A DNA stretch of 64,000 bases from Clostridia bacterium (GTDB taxonomy: Bacteria > Bacillota > Clostridia > Oscillospirales > CAG-382): NCBI GenBank assembly GCA_017399965.1, contig JAFQAP010000019.1, forward strand, positions 543 to 64,542. Direction: 5' to 3'. Made by a program: the position numbers and the translations under genes. Shown here one piece after another: positions 34,548 through 43,612 of the stretch; the first letter of the stretch is position 1; each line of letters opens with the position of its first letter. The notes under the pieces are model-generated. The model searched no databases and was not told the origin of the DNA. It saw nothing but the letters and a program-made list of their open reading frames with translations.

Positions 34548-35435
34548 ATGAAAGTCAAAAAAGCGGTCATACCTGCGGCAGGCTTGGGCACAAGAATGCT
34601 TCCCATATCCAAAAGCGTTCCCAAGGAAATGCTTGCTATTGTGGATAAGCCCGCAATACAGTATCTGGTGGAGGAAGCGGTTAACAGCGGTATAACGGAT
34701 ATACTCATTATCTCCAACCGCGGCAAGGAATCTCTTGAAAACCATTTTGATTACAGCCCCGAATATTCCGAATCTCTCCGCCGCGCAGGCAGGGAAGATG
34801 ATCTTATAAAGCTTAATGCCATTACGGAAATGGCAAACGTAAGCTATATCCGCCAAAACAACGCCCGCGGCTTGGGCCATGCGGTAAGCCTTGCCCGTTC
34901 TTTTGTGGGCAACGAGCCTTTTGCCGTAATGTACGGGGACGATATTATTTTTTCAAAAACACCCGTAACAAAACAGCTTACCGATATTTATGAAGAGTTC
35001 GGGCTGGCTGTGGCAGGCGTCCGCCACGTGGATGCGGAGAGCATATCCAAATATTGCTCACTCAAAGCCGAACAAGTGCGTGAAAACGTGTATCATTGCA
35101 CGGATATGATCGAAAAACCCACTCGTGATCAGGTGTTTACAGACCTTGCCATTTTGGGCAGAGTGGTGCTTACTCCCGAAATTTTTAATATTCTTGATAA
35201 AACTCCTCCCGGCGCCAAAGGGGAAATACAGCTTACCGACGCTATGGCGGTTCTCGCCCGTACCAAGGGTATGAAGGCTTGCGTTTTCGAGGGTGAGCGT
35301 TTTGACGTAGGCAATAAATTAAGCTATATAGAGTCCAACGTATATATGGGACTCCGCCACCCCGAAACTAAAGAAGGATTTAAAGAGTATATTCTGAAAA
35401 TCGCAAAGGAGCTTGAAAATGACACGTCCCGATAA
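34548..35435 (+). CDS. galU: UTP-glucose-1-phosphate uridylyltransferase
   Basis: ATG at 34548 with GGGAGG upstream. MKVKKAVIPAAGLGTRMLPISKSVPKEMLAIVDKPAIQY is the canonical GalU N-terminus. Confidence 0.9.
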   Translation: MKVKKAVIPAAGLGTRMLPISKSVPKEMLAIVDKPAIQYLVEEAVNSGITDILIISNRGKESLENHFDYSPEYSESLRRAGREDDLIKLNAITEMANVSYIRQNNARGLGHAVSLARSFVGNEPFAVMYGDDIIFSKTPVTKQLTDIYEEFGLAVAGVRHVDAESISKYCSLKAEQVRENVYHCTDMIEKPTRDQVFTDLAILGRVVLTPEIFNILDKTPPGAKGEIQLTDAMAVLARTKGMKACVFEGERFDVGNKLSYIESNVYMGLRHPETKEGFKEYILKIAKELENDTSR

Positions 35436-35904
35436 AATAAACTATTATCTCGATATAGCACAGACAGTTTCCCAAAGAGGAACCTGTCTGCGCCGTAAGT
35501 TCGGTGCCATTATAGTTAAAAACGACAGTATCGTTTCCACCGGATATGCGGGCGCGCCCCGCGGAAGACAAAACTGCTGTGACAGAGGCACCTGTTTGCG
35601 TGAGGAAATGGCTATTCCCAGAGGAGAAAGATACGAACTGTGCCGTTCCGTCCACGCAGAAGCAAATGCGATCATCGCCGCTTCCCGCGAGGAAATGCTG
35701 GATGCGGATCTCTATCTTGCCTGCACAGACCCTAAAACGGGCATATCTATCGGTGGAACCACAAGCTGTCAGATGTGTAAAAGAATGGTTATAAACGCAG
35801 GCATAAAGCGTGTTATCGTCCGCGAGACAGCAACGGAATATTCCATATACAACGTAGAGGACTGGGTAACCAACGACGACAGTCTGGGACAGAAAGGCTA
35901 TTAA
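35419..35904 (+). CDS. comEB: dCMP/cytidine deaminase-family protein (ComEB-like)
   Basis: ATG at 35419 with AAAGGAG 8 nt upstream. Zinc motifs HAEANA and PCxxC-like (TSCQMCKRM) are present. Confidence 0.75.
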   Translation: MTRPDKINYYLDIAQTVSQRGTCLRRKFGAIIVKNDSIVSTGYAGAPRGRQNCCDRGTCLREEMAIPRGERYELCRSVHAEANAIIAASREEMLDADLYLACTDPKTGISIGGTTSCQMCKRMVINAGIKRVIVRETATEYSIYNVEDWVTNDDSLGQKGY

Positions 35905-36584
35905 TGAAAAAAATACTTGCACTCACACTTGTTATATTAACTCTCGCTCTCTGCGCTTGCACCGAAGGCGAGGAACCGCTCAGAGGATACGAGGTTTCCT
36001 TAACAGATTACGGTTTTACCGACCCCGAAACGGGAATAGAATACGAAATGTTTTCAAATCCCATTTCTGTTTACGCTCTCGAGAAGGAATCACCCCTTTG
36101 CAACGACGGTGATGTTCAGTATTATTCCGTAAAGTGGGAGGACAGTTCCAAGTTTCTGTGCGATAAGGACGGAGTGGTTTATAAGGCTGTCGGCATTCCC
36201 GATCTTACCATAGATGTTTTCGATCCCGTTGCCGCATTCGTATACTACGGCTCCGCATATCTCACCACCCTTTACTGTGAAGAAAAGTACCGCGATCCCG
36301 AAATAAGCTACCCCGAGGATACCGAATTTCAGGACGACAGCGATCTGGTATACGGCATCCGCGATGCTATTTTAAACGAACCGGAAACCCTGCTTCCCGC
36401 AAAACTGGATGATGATAATACGTTTATTCTCCGTATGCTCAGCGCAAATTATCCCGGCTTGTATTATGTGGTGGTATTTGCTGTGGATCTGGACGGAAAC
36501 TGCTATATTTACGACAGAGCAACCCGTAAAGCGGTGTATGCGCCCCAGGATATAATAGACAGGTTTATCGGCGATGAGTATTAA
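35904..36584 (+). CDS. hypothetical lipoprotein
   Basis: MKKILALTLVILTLALCAC lipobox. No family recognised. Confidence 0.5.
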   Translation: MKKILALTLVILTLALCACTEGEEPLRGYEVSLTDYGFTDPETGIEYEMFSNPISVYALEKESPLCNDGDVQYYSVKWEDSSKFLCDKDGVVYKAVGIPDLTIDVFDPVAAFVYYGSAYLTTLYCEEKYRDPEISYPEDTEFQDDSDLVYGIRDAILNEPETLLPAKLDDDNTFILRMLSANYPGLYYVVVFAVDLDGNCYIYDRATRKAVYAPQDIIDRFIGDEY

Positions 36585-36993
36585 AATACTGCCGCTTACA
36601 AAAGATAAAATACCCGCAGCCGCGGTGTTGGAAAAGGAATGTCTGGATACCGCTTGGTCGGAAAACGCTATATCCGAATTTCTGTCTTCCGATACTGCGG
36701 TGTATCTTTATTGCGAAACCGAAGGGGTTTTAAGCGGTATACTTTCCGCAACTCTGCTTTTCGGGGAAGCGGAAATAGAAAATATTGCGGTTTCTCCCGA
36801 TTTCCGCCGCAGGGGTATAGGAAAAGATCTGGTGAACGCATTAAAAGAAAAATGCGAAAAAATATTTTTACTTGTAAAAGAAGATAATTACGGAGCAATA
36901 GCATTTTATGCTTCTATGGGCTTTGTAAAAACAGGCGTCCGCCGAAGGTATTATCACGGCAAGGATGCTTATGTTATGGAATTGAAGGTGTAG
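36574..36993 (+). CDS. rimI: ribosomal-protein-alanine N-acetyltransferase (GNAT)
   Basis: 139 aa. GNAT motif A (RRRGIGKDLV) is present, and it lies directly upstream of tsaD, the conserved rimI-tsaD arrangement. Confidence 0.75.
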   Translation: MSIKILPLTKDKIPAAAVLEKECLDTAWSENAISEFLSSDTAVYLYCETEGVLSGILSATLLFGEAEIENIAVSPDFRRRGIGKDLVNALKEKCEKIFLLVKEDNYGAIAFYASMGFVKTGVRRRYYHGKDAYVMELKV

Positions 36994-36997
36994 TTTG

Positions 36998-38008
36998 ATG
37001 AAAATTTTGGGTATAGAAAGCTCTTGTGACGAAACTGCCGCTTCCGTGGTGGAGGACGGCAGAAACGTGCTTTCAAATATTGTGGCTTCTCAGGCAGAGG
37101 TACACGCCCTTTACGGCGGTGTTGTGCCTGAGATCGCTTCCCGCGCTCATTGTGAGGCTCTTACGGGTGTCGTAAAAGAAGCGCTGGAAAAAGCGGAATG
37201 TACTCTTAATGATATAGATGCCATTGCCGTAACCTACGCACCCGGTCTTATCGGTGCGTTGCTTACGGGGCTTTCCTTTGCAAAGGGATTAAGCTTTTCC
37301 TGCGGAAAGCCTCTTGTTCCCGTTCACCATATAAGAGGCCACGTGGCGGCAAACTATATCGCCCATACCGACCTTAAGCCGCCTTTTATCGCTTTGGTGG
37401 TTTCGGGCGGACACACCTCTCTTTTAAAGGTGGATGATTATACCTGCTATACAAGCATCGGTCAGACCAGAGACGATGCGGCGGGGGAAGCCTTTGATAA
37501 AGCCGCACGTATGCTGGGTCTGCCTTATCCCGGCGGCGCGGCTATGGACAGATTGGCGTCTTTGGGCAACAAAAACGCTATGAAGTTTACCATAAGCCAC
37601 GTGGACAACTGCCCTTATGATTTTTCTTTTTCCGGCTTAAAAACGGCGGTCATCAATCAGGTGCACACCTTGCAGCAAAAGGGAATAGAGCTTACAGAAG
37701 AATTCAAGGCAGATCTTGCGGCATCCTTTACAGAAACCTTGGTAAAGAGTATTTGCCTGCGTGTTGATGCGTTGTATTCCCAAGTGGGCAAACTTCCCCT
37801 CGTTCTTGCAGGGGGTGTTGCAGCCAATTCCCATCTGCGTGCAGGGCTTAAAGCTTTGGCAGAAAGCAAGGGAGTTTCCCTCTATTTACCGCCTCTTTCT
37901 CTGTGCGGAGATAACGCTGCCATGATCGCTTCCCAAGGCTATTTTGAGTACGTTTCGGGCGCGGTTGCAGACTTGAAACTCAACGCTTTTGCAACAAAAA
38001 GCGTGTAA
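36998..38008 (+). CDS. tsaD: tRNA N6-adenosine threonylcarbamoyltransferase TsaD (Gcp)
   Basis: MKILGIESSCDETAASVV... with HHIRGH and GGVAAN motifs. ATG at 36998 with a GAAGGTG RBS. Confidence 0.95.
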   Translation: MKILGIESSCDETAASVVEDGRNVLSNIVASQAEVHALYGGVVPEIASRAHCEALTGVVKEALEKAECTLNDIDAIAVTYAPGLIGALLTGLSFAKGLSFSCGKPLVPVHHIRGHVAANYIAHTDLKPPFIALVVSGGHTSLLKVDDYTCYTSIGQTRDDAAGEAFDKAARMLGLPYPGGAAMDRLASLGNKNAMKFTISHVDNCPYDFSFSGLKTAVINQVHTLQQKGIELTEEFKADLAASFTETLVKSICLRVDALYSQVGKLPLVLAGGVAANSHLRAGLKALAESKGVSLYLPPLSLCGDNAAMIASQGYFEYVSGAVADLKLNAFATKSV

Positions 38009-38024
38009 TGTATTATACATAATG

Positions 38025-38151
38025 TTTTCCACATTTGGTGGAAAAGTATGTGGATTACCCACATGAAAATGTTTCAAAACGTAAAAAATCCCCGAATTAT
38101 CGTGTTGGCACCCTTTAAAAATGTGGATAACTATGTGGATAATGTGGATTT
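38025..38151. promoter_or_regulatory. DnaA-box cluster (7 boxes, 2 perfect)
   Basis: Perfect TTATCCACA on the minus strand at 38122-38130 and 38134-38142. Near-consensus boxes are at 38025-38033 (TTTTCCACA), 38037-38045, 38049-38057, 38055-38063 (TTACCCACA) and 38143-38151. Confidence 0.65.
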
Positions 38152-38282
38152 CATAATTTTTATTATGTTAATAAATAACGAGTTATGTAAACCTACAGGT
38201 GCATAATCGGGGTGAATATTCACAGTATACAGTATAAAAATAACTACCCCAAGAAACCCCGTGGTTTCTCGGGGACAGCAAT

Positions 38283-38312
38283 AAAAAACACGTCACGAAA
38301 GGGACGTGTAAA
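38283..38312 (-). terminator. rho-independent terminator
   Basis: On the minus strand, CACGTCCC-TTTC-GTGACGTG is followed by TTTTTT. Confidence 0.65.
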
Positions 38313-38313
38313 T

Positions 38314-39036
38314 TTACTTTTTCTTGCGTTTTTCGCCGTTAAAATTTTCTGTAGTGCCGCCGGTCAAAAACCGTATGGAACGCTCTACGGAATCCTTGCT
38401 GTTGCCCCAGGGCTGATCGTCAAAACGGTAATCAAACTTGCGGCAGAACCAGGAAACGTCATCCTTCAAAGTATCCAGATATCCTCTCACCAGCTTGTCT
38501 GCATCCTCAAAAAGATTTGAATATAACTTTTTGGGAAGATTGGAGGAAGCGCAGGTAAGCAGTCTGCGGTAATGAGGGAGGCATATTACGGTTGCGGAAT
38601 TGAATTTGTTTCTGAACTCCTCTTCCGTGTGGTATAGAAATACGGCGGTTGCGATCATTTTAGAAAATTTTTCTTCGATCCTGTCGCAAACATAACAGCT
38701 TTCTTCCAGCTCAGCAACCCGCTTTACCGGTTTTGCGGAAGCGTCCTTGGCGAGAAATCCGCCGGGGGAAAGCTCTTTTTTAAGAGTTTCAAGATGGCTT
38801 TCCAATGTAAGTGCCATTCCCAGACGGTTTTTCATTGTAAACATACGTCTGTAATGGTTTCCGCAAAAGCCTTTTTCATTGGTCTTTTTGCGTATGTCGG
38901 GCTCCATCATAGATGCGCCCAGAATAAGATCCAGCTCGGTTTCCTCAAGCTCTTCAAACAGCATACAAAAGGGGCAGTTTCCGCCGCAGCTTTCAAATGC
39001 TTCGTTAACAGGGATGGTATATATGTGTTCCTGCAA
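38314..39036 (-). CDS. hypothetical Cys-rich cytoplasmic protein (CxxC pairs), family not firmly recognised
   Basis: The preferred start is TTG at 39036 with AAAGAGGTG 6 nt upstream and a TATAAT box at 39062-39057. The ORF track start at 39072 is the alternative. Motifs CGGNCPFC, CGNH, CYVCDR and CLPH suggest metal binding. Confidence 0.5.
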   Translation of the reverse strand: MQEHIYTIPVNEAFESCGGNCPFCMLFEELEETELDLILGASMMEPDIRKKTNEKGFCGNHYRRMFTMKNRLGMALTLESHLETLKKELSPGGFLAKDASAKPVKRVAELEESCYVCDRIEEKFSKMIATAVFLYHTEEEFRNKFNSATVICLPHYRRLLTCASSNLPKKLYSNLFEDADKLVRGYLDTLKDDVSWFCRKFDYRFDDQPWGNSKDSVERSIRFLTGGTTENFNGEKRKKK

Positions 39037-39101
39037 AAATATCACCTCTTTAAGCTTATTATACATTAGCATATTAAGATTTGCAATACCAAGGTTTAAC
39101 T

Positions 39102-39935
39102 ATGAACGTATTTTTTGAAAACGACAAAGTAATAATTAAAAACCAGCCTCATCTTTCTTTGGATCTCACCTTTGATTGCGGGCAGTGCTTCCGTTTCAAT
39201 AAAAACGGGGACGGGCTGTGGCAGGGTGTGGCTTTCGGCAAAAGACTTACGGGCTATACCCAAGACGGGGATACTGTGCTTTTTTGCAAAAAGGAAGAGT
39301 ATCTTTCCCTGTGGGAGGATTTTTTCGATCTTAAAAGAGATTATTCGGTCATTCAAAGCTCTTTTTCTCACGACCCCAACGTTTCCCACGCGGCAGAGAT
39401 AGGGAAGGGCATACGTATCTTAAAGCAGGATAAATGGGAAACACTTATTTCTTTTATAATTTCCCAAAACAACAATATTCCCCGTATAAAAAAGATAATA
39501 GAATCTATGTGTGCGCTTTTGGGCGAGCCTTTGGGAAACGGATTGTATTCTTTTCCTACCCCCGAAAAAATCTGCGAAGCGGGCGCGGAAGGTCTTGCGC
39601 CCATAAAGGCCGGATTCCGTGTTAAATATATACTTGATGCGGCGCACCGAGTTTTAAGCGGAGAGACCGACCTGGAATATATCGCCTCCCTTTCCTATGA
39701 AGAAGCGGAACACGAGCTTATGAAGATAAAAGGCGTGGGCAAAAAGGTGGCGTCCTGCGTGCTTTTGTTCGGCTACGGTTTTTTATCCGCTTTTCCTATT
39801 GACGTGTGGGTAAAGCGTGTCTTGGAAAAGTATTACGATGAGACCTTTGATCCTTTGTCCTTGGGAGAATATGCGGGCATAGCACAGCAGTATCTGTTTT
39901 ACAGAGAACGGTATCTGCTTTCTGTTGAAAATTAA
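39102..39935 (+). CDS. ogg: 8-oxoguanine DNA glycosylase / HhH-GPD family DNA glycosylase
   Basis: FDCGQCFRF N-terminal motif and the HhH-GPD region (MKIKGVGKKVASCVLLFGYG..FPIDVWVKR). Confidence 0.75.
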   Translation: MNVFFENDKVIIKNQPHLSLDLTFDCGQCFRFNKNGDGLWQGVAFGKRLTGYTQDGDTVLFCKKEEYLSLWEDFFDLKRDYSVIQSSFSHDPNVSHAAEIGKGIRILKQDKWETLISFIISQNNNIPRIKKIIESMCALLGEPLGNGLYSFPTPEKICEAGAEGLAPIKAGFRVKYILDAAHRVLSGETDLEYIASLSYEEAEHELMKIKGVGKKVASCVLLFGYGFLSAFPIDVWVKRVLEKYYDETFDPLSLGEYAGIAQQYLFYRERYLLSVEN

Positions 39936-39936
39936 A

Positions 39937-39988
39937 GACCTGCCCGAAAAGGCAGGTCCTTAACACCTCTGCTTTTAAGAGGTTTTTT
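39937..39988. terminator. pair of tail-to-tail terminators between ogg and the small peptide gene
   Basis: GACCTGCC-CGAAAA-GGCAGGTC (39937-39958) has a T-rich tail on the minus strand. CCTCT-GCTTTTA-AGAGG (39966-39982) is followed by TTTTTT on the plus strand. Confidence 0.65.
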
Positions 39989-39995
39989 GCGGTTA

Positions 39996-40094
39996 TTAAC
40001 CGCAGCAGCAACAGATGATGATCGCGATAAGAATAATGATCCAGCAGCAATTACCGCCGCCGTTGTTTCCGAAAAATTGATCAAAACAAGCCAT
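39996..40094 (-). CDS. 32-aa hydrophobic Cys-rich peptide (YjcZ/tiny-TM sporulation-peptide-like)
   Basis: ATG at 40094 with GGGAGG 7 nt upstream. The product is MACFDQFFGNNGGGNCCWIIILIAIIICCCCG, and the gene has its own terminator. Confidence 0.45.
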   Translation of the reverse strand: MACFDQFFGNNGGGNCCWIIILIAIIICCCCG

Positions 40095-40198
40095 CGGGCA
40101 TCCTCCCTTCCTATTTGCATAGTATGTGTTGTTTTTAAAATGTGTTACCCGGCTTTTTTGCCGTCCTATATTACAGTTGTATGCGAGGTAGTAAAAAA

Positions 40199-40759
40199 AT
40201 GATAATTCTTGCTTCGAAATCCCCCAGAAGAAAAGAAATACTTGATACTCTTGGGTTTGAATACCGCTGCGTCCCTGCGGACACCGATGAAACTCCCGAA
40301 GAGGGAATGTCCCCTGCAGACACGGTAATGCTGTTTTCGGAGCGCAAGGCATTCGCTGTAAGGGATGAAGCCGAATACGGCGATATCGTATTGGGAATGG
40401 ACACTATGGTGTGTATCGACGGTAAGCTTTTAGGAAAGCCGAAGGATGAAGAGGACGCTTTTCGTATGCTTAAAATGCTGAGCGGCAGAAAGCACAATGT
40501 TATTACGGGATATACCGTGATCTGCGGAAATAAATGGGAAAGCGGATGTGTTTCCACAGATGTGTATTTCCGTCCTCTTACAGATTCGGAAATACGCTGG
40601 TACATATCCACAAAAGAGCCTATGGACAAAGCAGGAGCGTACGGGATCCAGGGCAAGGGAAGTCTGTTTGTAGAGTCCGTGGATGGAGATTTCTTTTCCG
40701 TTATCGGTTTTCCCGTGTGTACGGTGTTTAAGGTTGTAAAAAAATTAAAAAACAGTTAA
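40199..40759 (+). CDS. maf: Maf-family nucleoside triphosphate pyrophosphatase
   Basis: MIILASKSPRRKEILDTLGF...DKAGAYGIQG is canonical Maf. Confidence 0.85.
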   Translation: MIILASKSPRRKEILDTLGFEYRCVPADTDETPEEGMSPADTVMLFSERKAFAVRDEAEYGDIVLGMDTMVCIDGKLLGKPKDEEDAFRMLKMLSGRKHNVITGYTVICGNKWESGCVSTDVYFRPLTDSEIRWYISTKEPMDKAGAYGIQGKGSLFVESVDGDFFSVIGFPVCTVFKVVKKLKNS

Positions 40760-40777
40760 TAAATATTACATTAGTAA

Positions 40778-40806
40778 TTGACTTTAAACAAAAAACTGTG
40801 TATAAT
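40778..40806 (+). promoter_or_regulatory. sigma-A type promoter
   Basis: TTGACT (40778-40783), a 17-nt spacer, then TATAAT (40801-40806). Confidence 0.6.
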
Positions 40807-40841
40807 TGATATGAAATTTCAATATAAGGAGACGACATTTT

Positions 40842-43517
40842 ATGAAATTCACTAAAAAAGCGTTGGCGCTTGTTTTAGCGCTCGTTATGGTCGGCTCTCT
40901 TGCATCCGTTTTGGCTTTCGCAGGTTATGATATGGAAGCTACATCGGAAGCATATGAGGTAGACGATAATGTTTTCCACACCAGCTATGAAGTTACCAGC
41001 GGTGAAAATGGAAATACCGTTACTGCGCAGGCTCTTGAGTTTGACCCTGCAGACGGTTACGTTCCCGTAGTATACGCCGCAAATGCAGGTTCGGTTTCCT
41101 TGCTTCACAATAGTACAAAACTTAATGGACACTTTGATAGGGCTTCCATTGAGCGTTGGGGATATGAGCCTGTTGGCGTTATCAACGGTTCCTTCTTCAA
41201 TATGAGCAACGGCTTCCTTAACGGTATCAATATTACCGATGGCAGAATCACCTGTGCTCACGTAGGTTATACCGGCGAAATGGTTACCTTTGACAGCAAG
41301 GGTGTTATGACTGTTGTTAAGAGCAGCCTTGATTATAAACTTTACGCAAACGGCAACGAGCTTAAGAACGCTCTTACATACATTAATAAACGTGACAAGG
41401 GTACAGCCGGAGATAAGGTTTATTACTGGGATTCCGCTTGCGGTACCATCTCCGATTCTCAGGATTACGAAAAAGGCGTTGAAGTACTTTGTAATAAAGT
41501 AAACAATACCGAACTTTCCGTTGGCGGCACTCTGGTAGGCGAGGTTGTTTCCGTAGGTACGGATACAAACGCAACCGGCATCGGCACCAACCAGTTCGTT
41601 CTTTACTGCAAATCTTCTTCTCCCTTCGCAGACACTCTTAAGAATCTTAAAGCAGGCTCCGAAGTGCAGATTTCCGTTAACGAATCTATCGAAGAATCCA
41701 GAGAAGTTATGGAAAACTGCTCTTCCGCTATCGAAAACATCGGTTGGCTGGTAAAGGACGGCGTTGACCAGACTCAGATTAAATCCGAAATCGGTACTCA
41801 CTCCGTTACTCTTCAGGCACGTTGGACCGCATTCGGCACCAAGCCCGATGGATCTTACGTATTCTTTACCACCGAGGGCGGCTCTACCGGCGCAGGCGGC
41901 TCTGTAACTCTCCGCGACGTTGCAAAGGCAATGATGGAGCTTGGCTGCAATAATGTTATCCGTATGGACGGCGGCGGATCCTCCGCTATGTACCTTGCAG
42001 ACGCAGGCAACGGCGAACCCGGCTACGTTCAGTCCTCTTCCCGTTCTGTTTCCGACTGTATAATGGTAGTTAAGCTTTCTTCTATGCTTCCTTCCGAAGA
42101 GCTTGTAACAGCACTTGATGCGGCTATAGCAAAAGGTGAAGAAGCAGAAGAATCTGCAAACATCACTCTCGCTCTTGAGGCTGCAAAGGCTGTCCGCGCA
42201 GACGAAAGATCCACCGAAGGCGACTACAAGCGCGCTATTATGAAGATCTCTGCTGCTCTCGCAGGCAAGCAGGAGCTTCAGGCTCTTGTTGCAAAGGCAG
42301 CAAATGTTAAGTTTACCGAATACTCTCAGTTCGTTCTTGATAACCTCCGCGTTGCATATGACGCAGCAAGCACTGTTGTAGCAAACAAAGAAGCTACCGC
42401 AAAAGAAATTAAGGACGCATACAATGAACTTCTTTACTGGTATTCTCTTTCCGGCGACCAGTCTGTAAACGTTGCATTCGGAAAGGATTACACCTCTTCT
42501 TCCAATTCCAACGCTTCTTACGTTGATACCGACGGTGTTGAGCTTACCGACGGTGCTCTGGGCAACGGAGTTGACGCACATTCTCCCACCTGGGCAGGCT
42601 ATAACGGCGCTTCCGGCGGAAAATATGAATATGTTATAGACCTTGGCGAAAAGTTCGAAAACATCTCTTCTTTTGGCGTAAACGCACTTCAGTTGGATGG
42701 CTGGGGCATCGCAGTTCCCAAGAATATAAAGGTATACGTTTCCGACGATAATACCGCTTGGACAGAAGCAGCTTCTTTGGACATTTCCGCAGATATTTAC
42801 GGCTCCAAGGAGCAGGATGCTCACGATATAACCGTTAAGCCCGCATCCGCAGTTTCCGGCAGATACGTTAAGTTTGAGCTTACCGCTGTTAAGTCATTCA
42901 TCTTTATTTCCGAACTGTCTGTAAACGTTGATTTTGCGGCTATCGACGAAGGTCTGTATCTCACCGCATTCAATACTTCCATTCTTGCAGACTACACCTC
43001 TATCTTCACCTCCGGCACCATTACCGGCGCTTCTCACAACCCCTTGTGGACCCATAACATCTGGCTTGAGTGGAACGAAGCTCTCGAAGCATACGTTGTA
43101 ACCAAGAATGTTTTTGCAAACGGTTCCTTCGCAGATTACACCCTTAAGGAAGGCGAGATCATCATCGCTGTTCACCGTGATTCCGCTGTTGCAGATATGA
43201 ACAGAACTCTTGCTCAGAATGCAAAAGTTGGCGATATTCTGGTACTCAACGGTATTGATATCGAAAAGCTTTCCACCGATATCGGCGCATACTTCTATTT
43301 TGAAGACGGCTACAAGCCCGGCGACGTTAATATGAACGGCGAAATCGATGCAACCGATTATCTTATAATCAGACAGACCGTTCTCGGTCTTGTTGAGCTC
43401 GACAAAGAGCAGACCAGACTTGCAGACGTAAACGGCAACGGCAAGATCGATGCAAACGATTACGTTATGGTTAAGCGTCACTTCCTCGGCACCTACAATA
43501 TCAAGGGCTGGAACTAA
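40842..43517 (+). CDS. secreted multidomain protein: phosphodiester glycosidase (DUF2233/NAGPA-like), helical FIVAR-like region, discoidin-like domain, C-terminal dockerin
   Basis: Signal peptide, then GVINGSFFNMSNGFLNGINITDG and ...IRMDGGGSSAMY (DUF2233-like). ...KEIKDAYNELLYW is FIVAR-like and ...RYVKFELTAVKSFIFISELSV is discoidin-like. The dockerin reads GDVNMNGEIDATDYL...DVNGNGKIDANDYV. Confidence 0.7.
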   Translation: MKFTKKALALVLALVMVGSLASVLAFAGYDMEATSEAYEVDDNVFHTSYEVTSGENGNTVTAQALEFDPADGYVPVVYAANAGSVSLLHNSTKLNGHFDRASIERWGYEPVGVINGSFFNMSNGFLNGINITDGRITCAHVGYTGEMVTFDSKGVMTVVKSSLDYKLYANGNELKNALTYINKRDKGTAGDKVYYWDSACGTISDSQDYEKGVEVLCNKVNNTELSVGGTLVGEVVSVGTDTNATGIGTNQFVLYCKSSSPFADTLKNLKAGSEVQISVNESIEESREVMENCSSAIENIGWLVKDGVDQTQIKSEIGTHSVTLQARWTAFGTKPDGSYVFFTTEGGSTGAGGSVTLRDVAKAMMELGCNNVIRMDGGGSSAMYLADAGNGEPGYVQSSSRSVSDCIMVVKLSSMLPSEELVTALDAAIAKGEEAEESANITLALEAAKAVRADERSTEGDYKRAIMKISAALAGKQELQALVAKAANVKFTEYSQFVLDNLRVAYDAASTVVANKEATAKEIKDAYNELLYWYSLSGDQSVNVAFGKDYTSSSNSNASYVDTDGVELTDGALGNGVDAHSPTWAGYNGASGGKYEYVIDLGEKFENISSFGVNALQLDGWGIAVPKNIKVYVSDDNTAWTEAASLDISADIYGSKEQDAHDITVKPASAVSGRYVKFELTAVKSFIFISELSVNVDFAAIDEGLYLTAFNTSILADYTSIFTSGTITGASHNPLWTHNIWLEWNEALEAYVVTKNVFANGSFADYTLKEGEIIIAVHRDSAVADMNRTLAQNAKVGDILVLNGIDIEKLSTDIGAYFYFEDGYKPGDVNMNGEIDATDYLIIRQTVLGLVELDKEQTRLADVNGNGKIDANDYVMVKRHFLGTYNIKGWN

Positions 43518-43548
43518 TTAACACAAAACTATAAGCATTATACCGCAC

Positions 43549-43571
43549 CTTCATAGGTGCGGTATTTTTTT
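43549..43571 (+). terminator. rho-independent terminator
   Basis: ATACCGCACCT-TCAT-AGGTGCGGTAT followed by a T7 run. Confidence 0.8.
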
Positions 43572-43612
43572 AGTGTTTTGAAAGTATAATTACGGGAGGT
43601 GATAAATAAAAA

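Noticed and set aside
38025-38200. Chromosomal replication origin (oriC)
   Set aside because: No dnaA, dnaN or rpmH genes are nearby, and I see no clear DnaA-trio or 13-mer unwinding repeats. The position after tsaD matches a known type of non-origin DnaA-box cluster. It is kept as a finding, with oriC listed as the alternative to exclude.
40875-42824. 649-aa ORF on the minus strand
   Set aside because: It is entirely antisense to the 891-aa secreted multidomain gene, whose domains (DUF2233-like, discoidin-like, dockerin) are recognisable. The antisense product is Cys/Val/Asn-rich low-information sequence with no RBS. It looks like a typical shadow ORF caused by codon bias.
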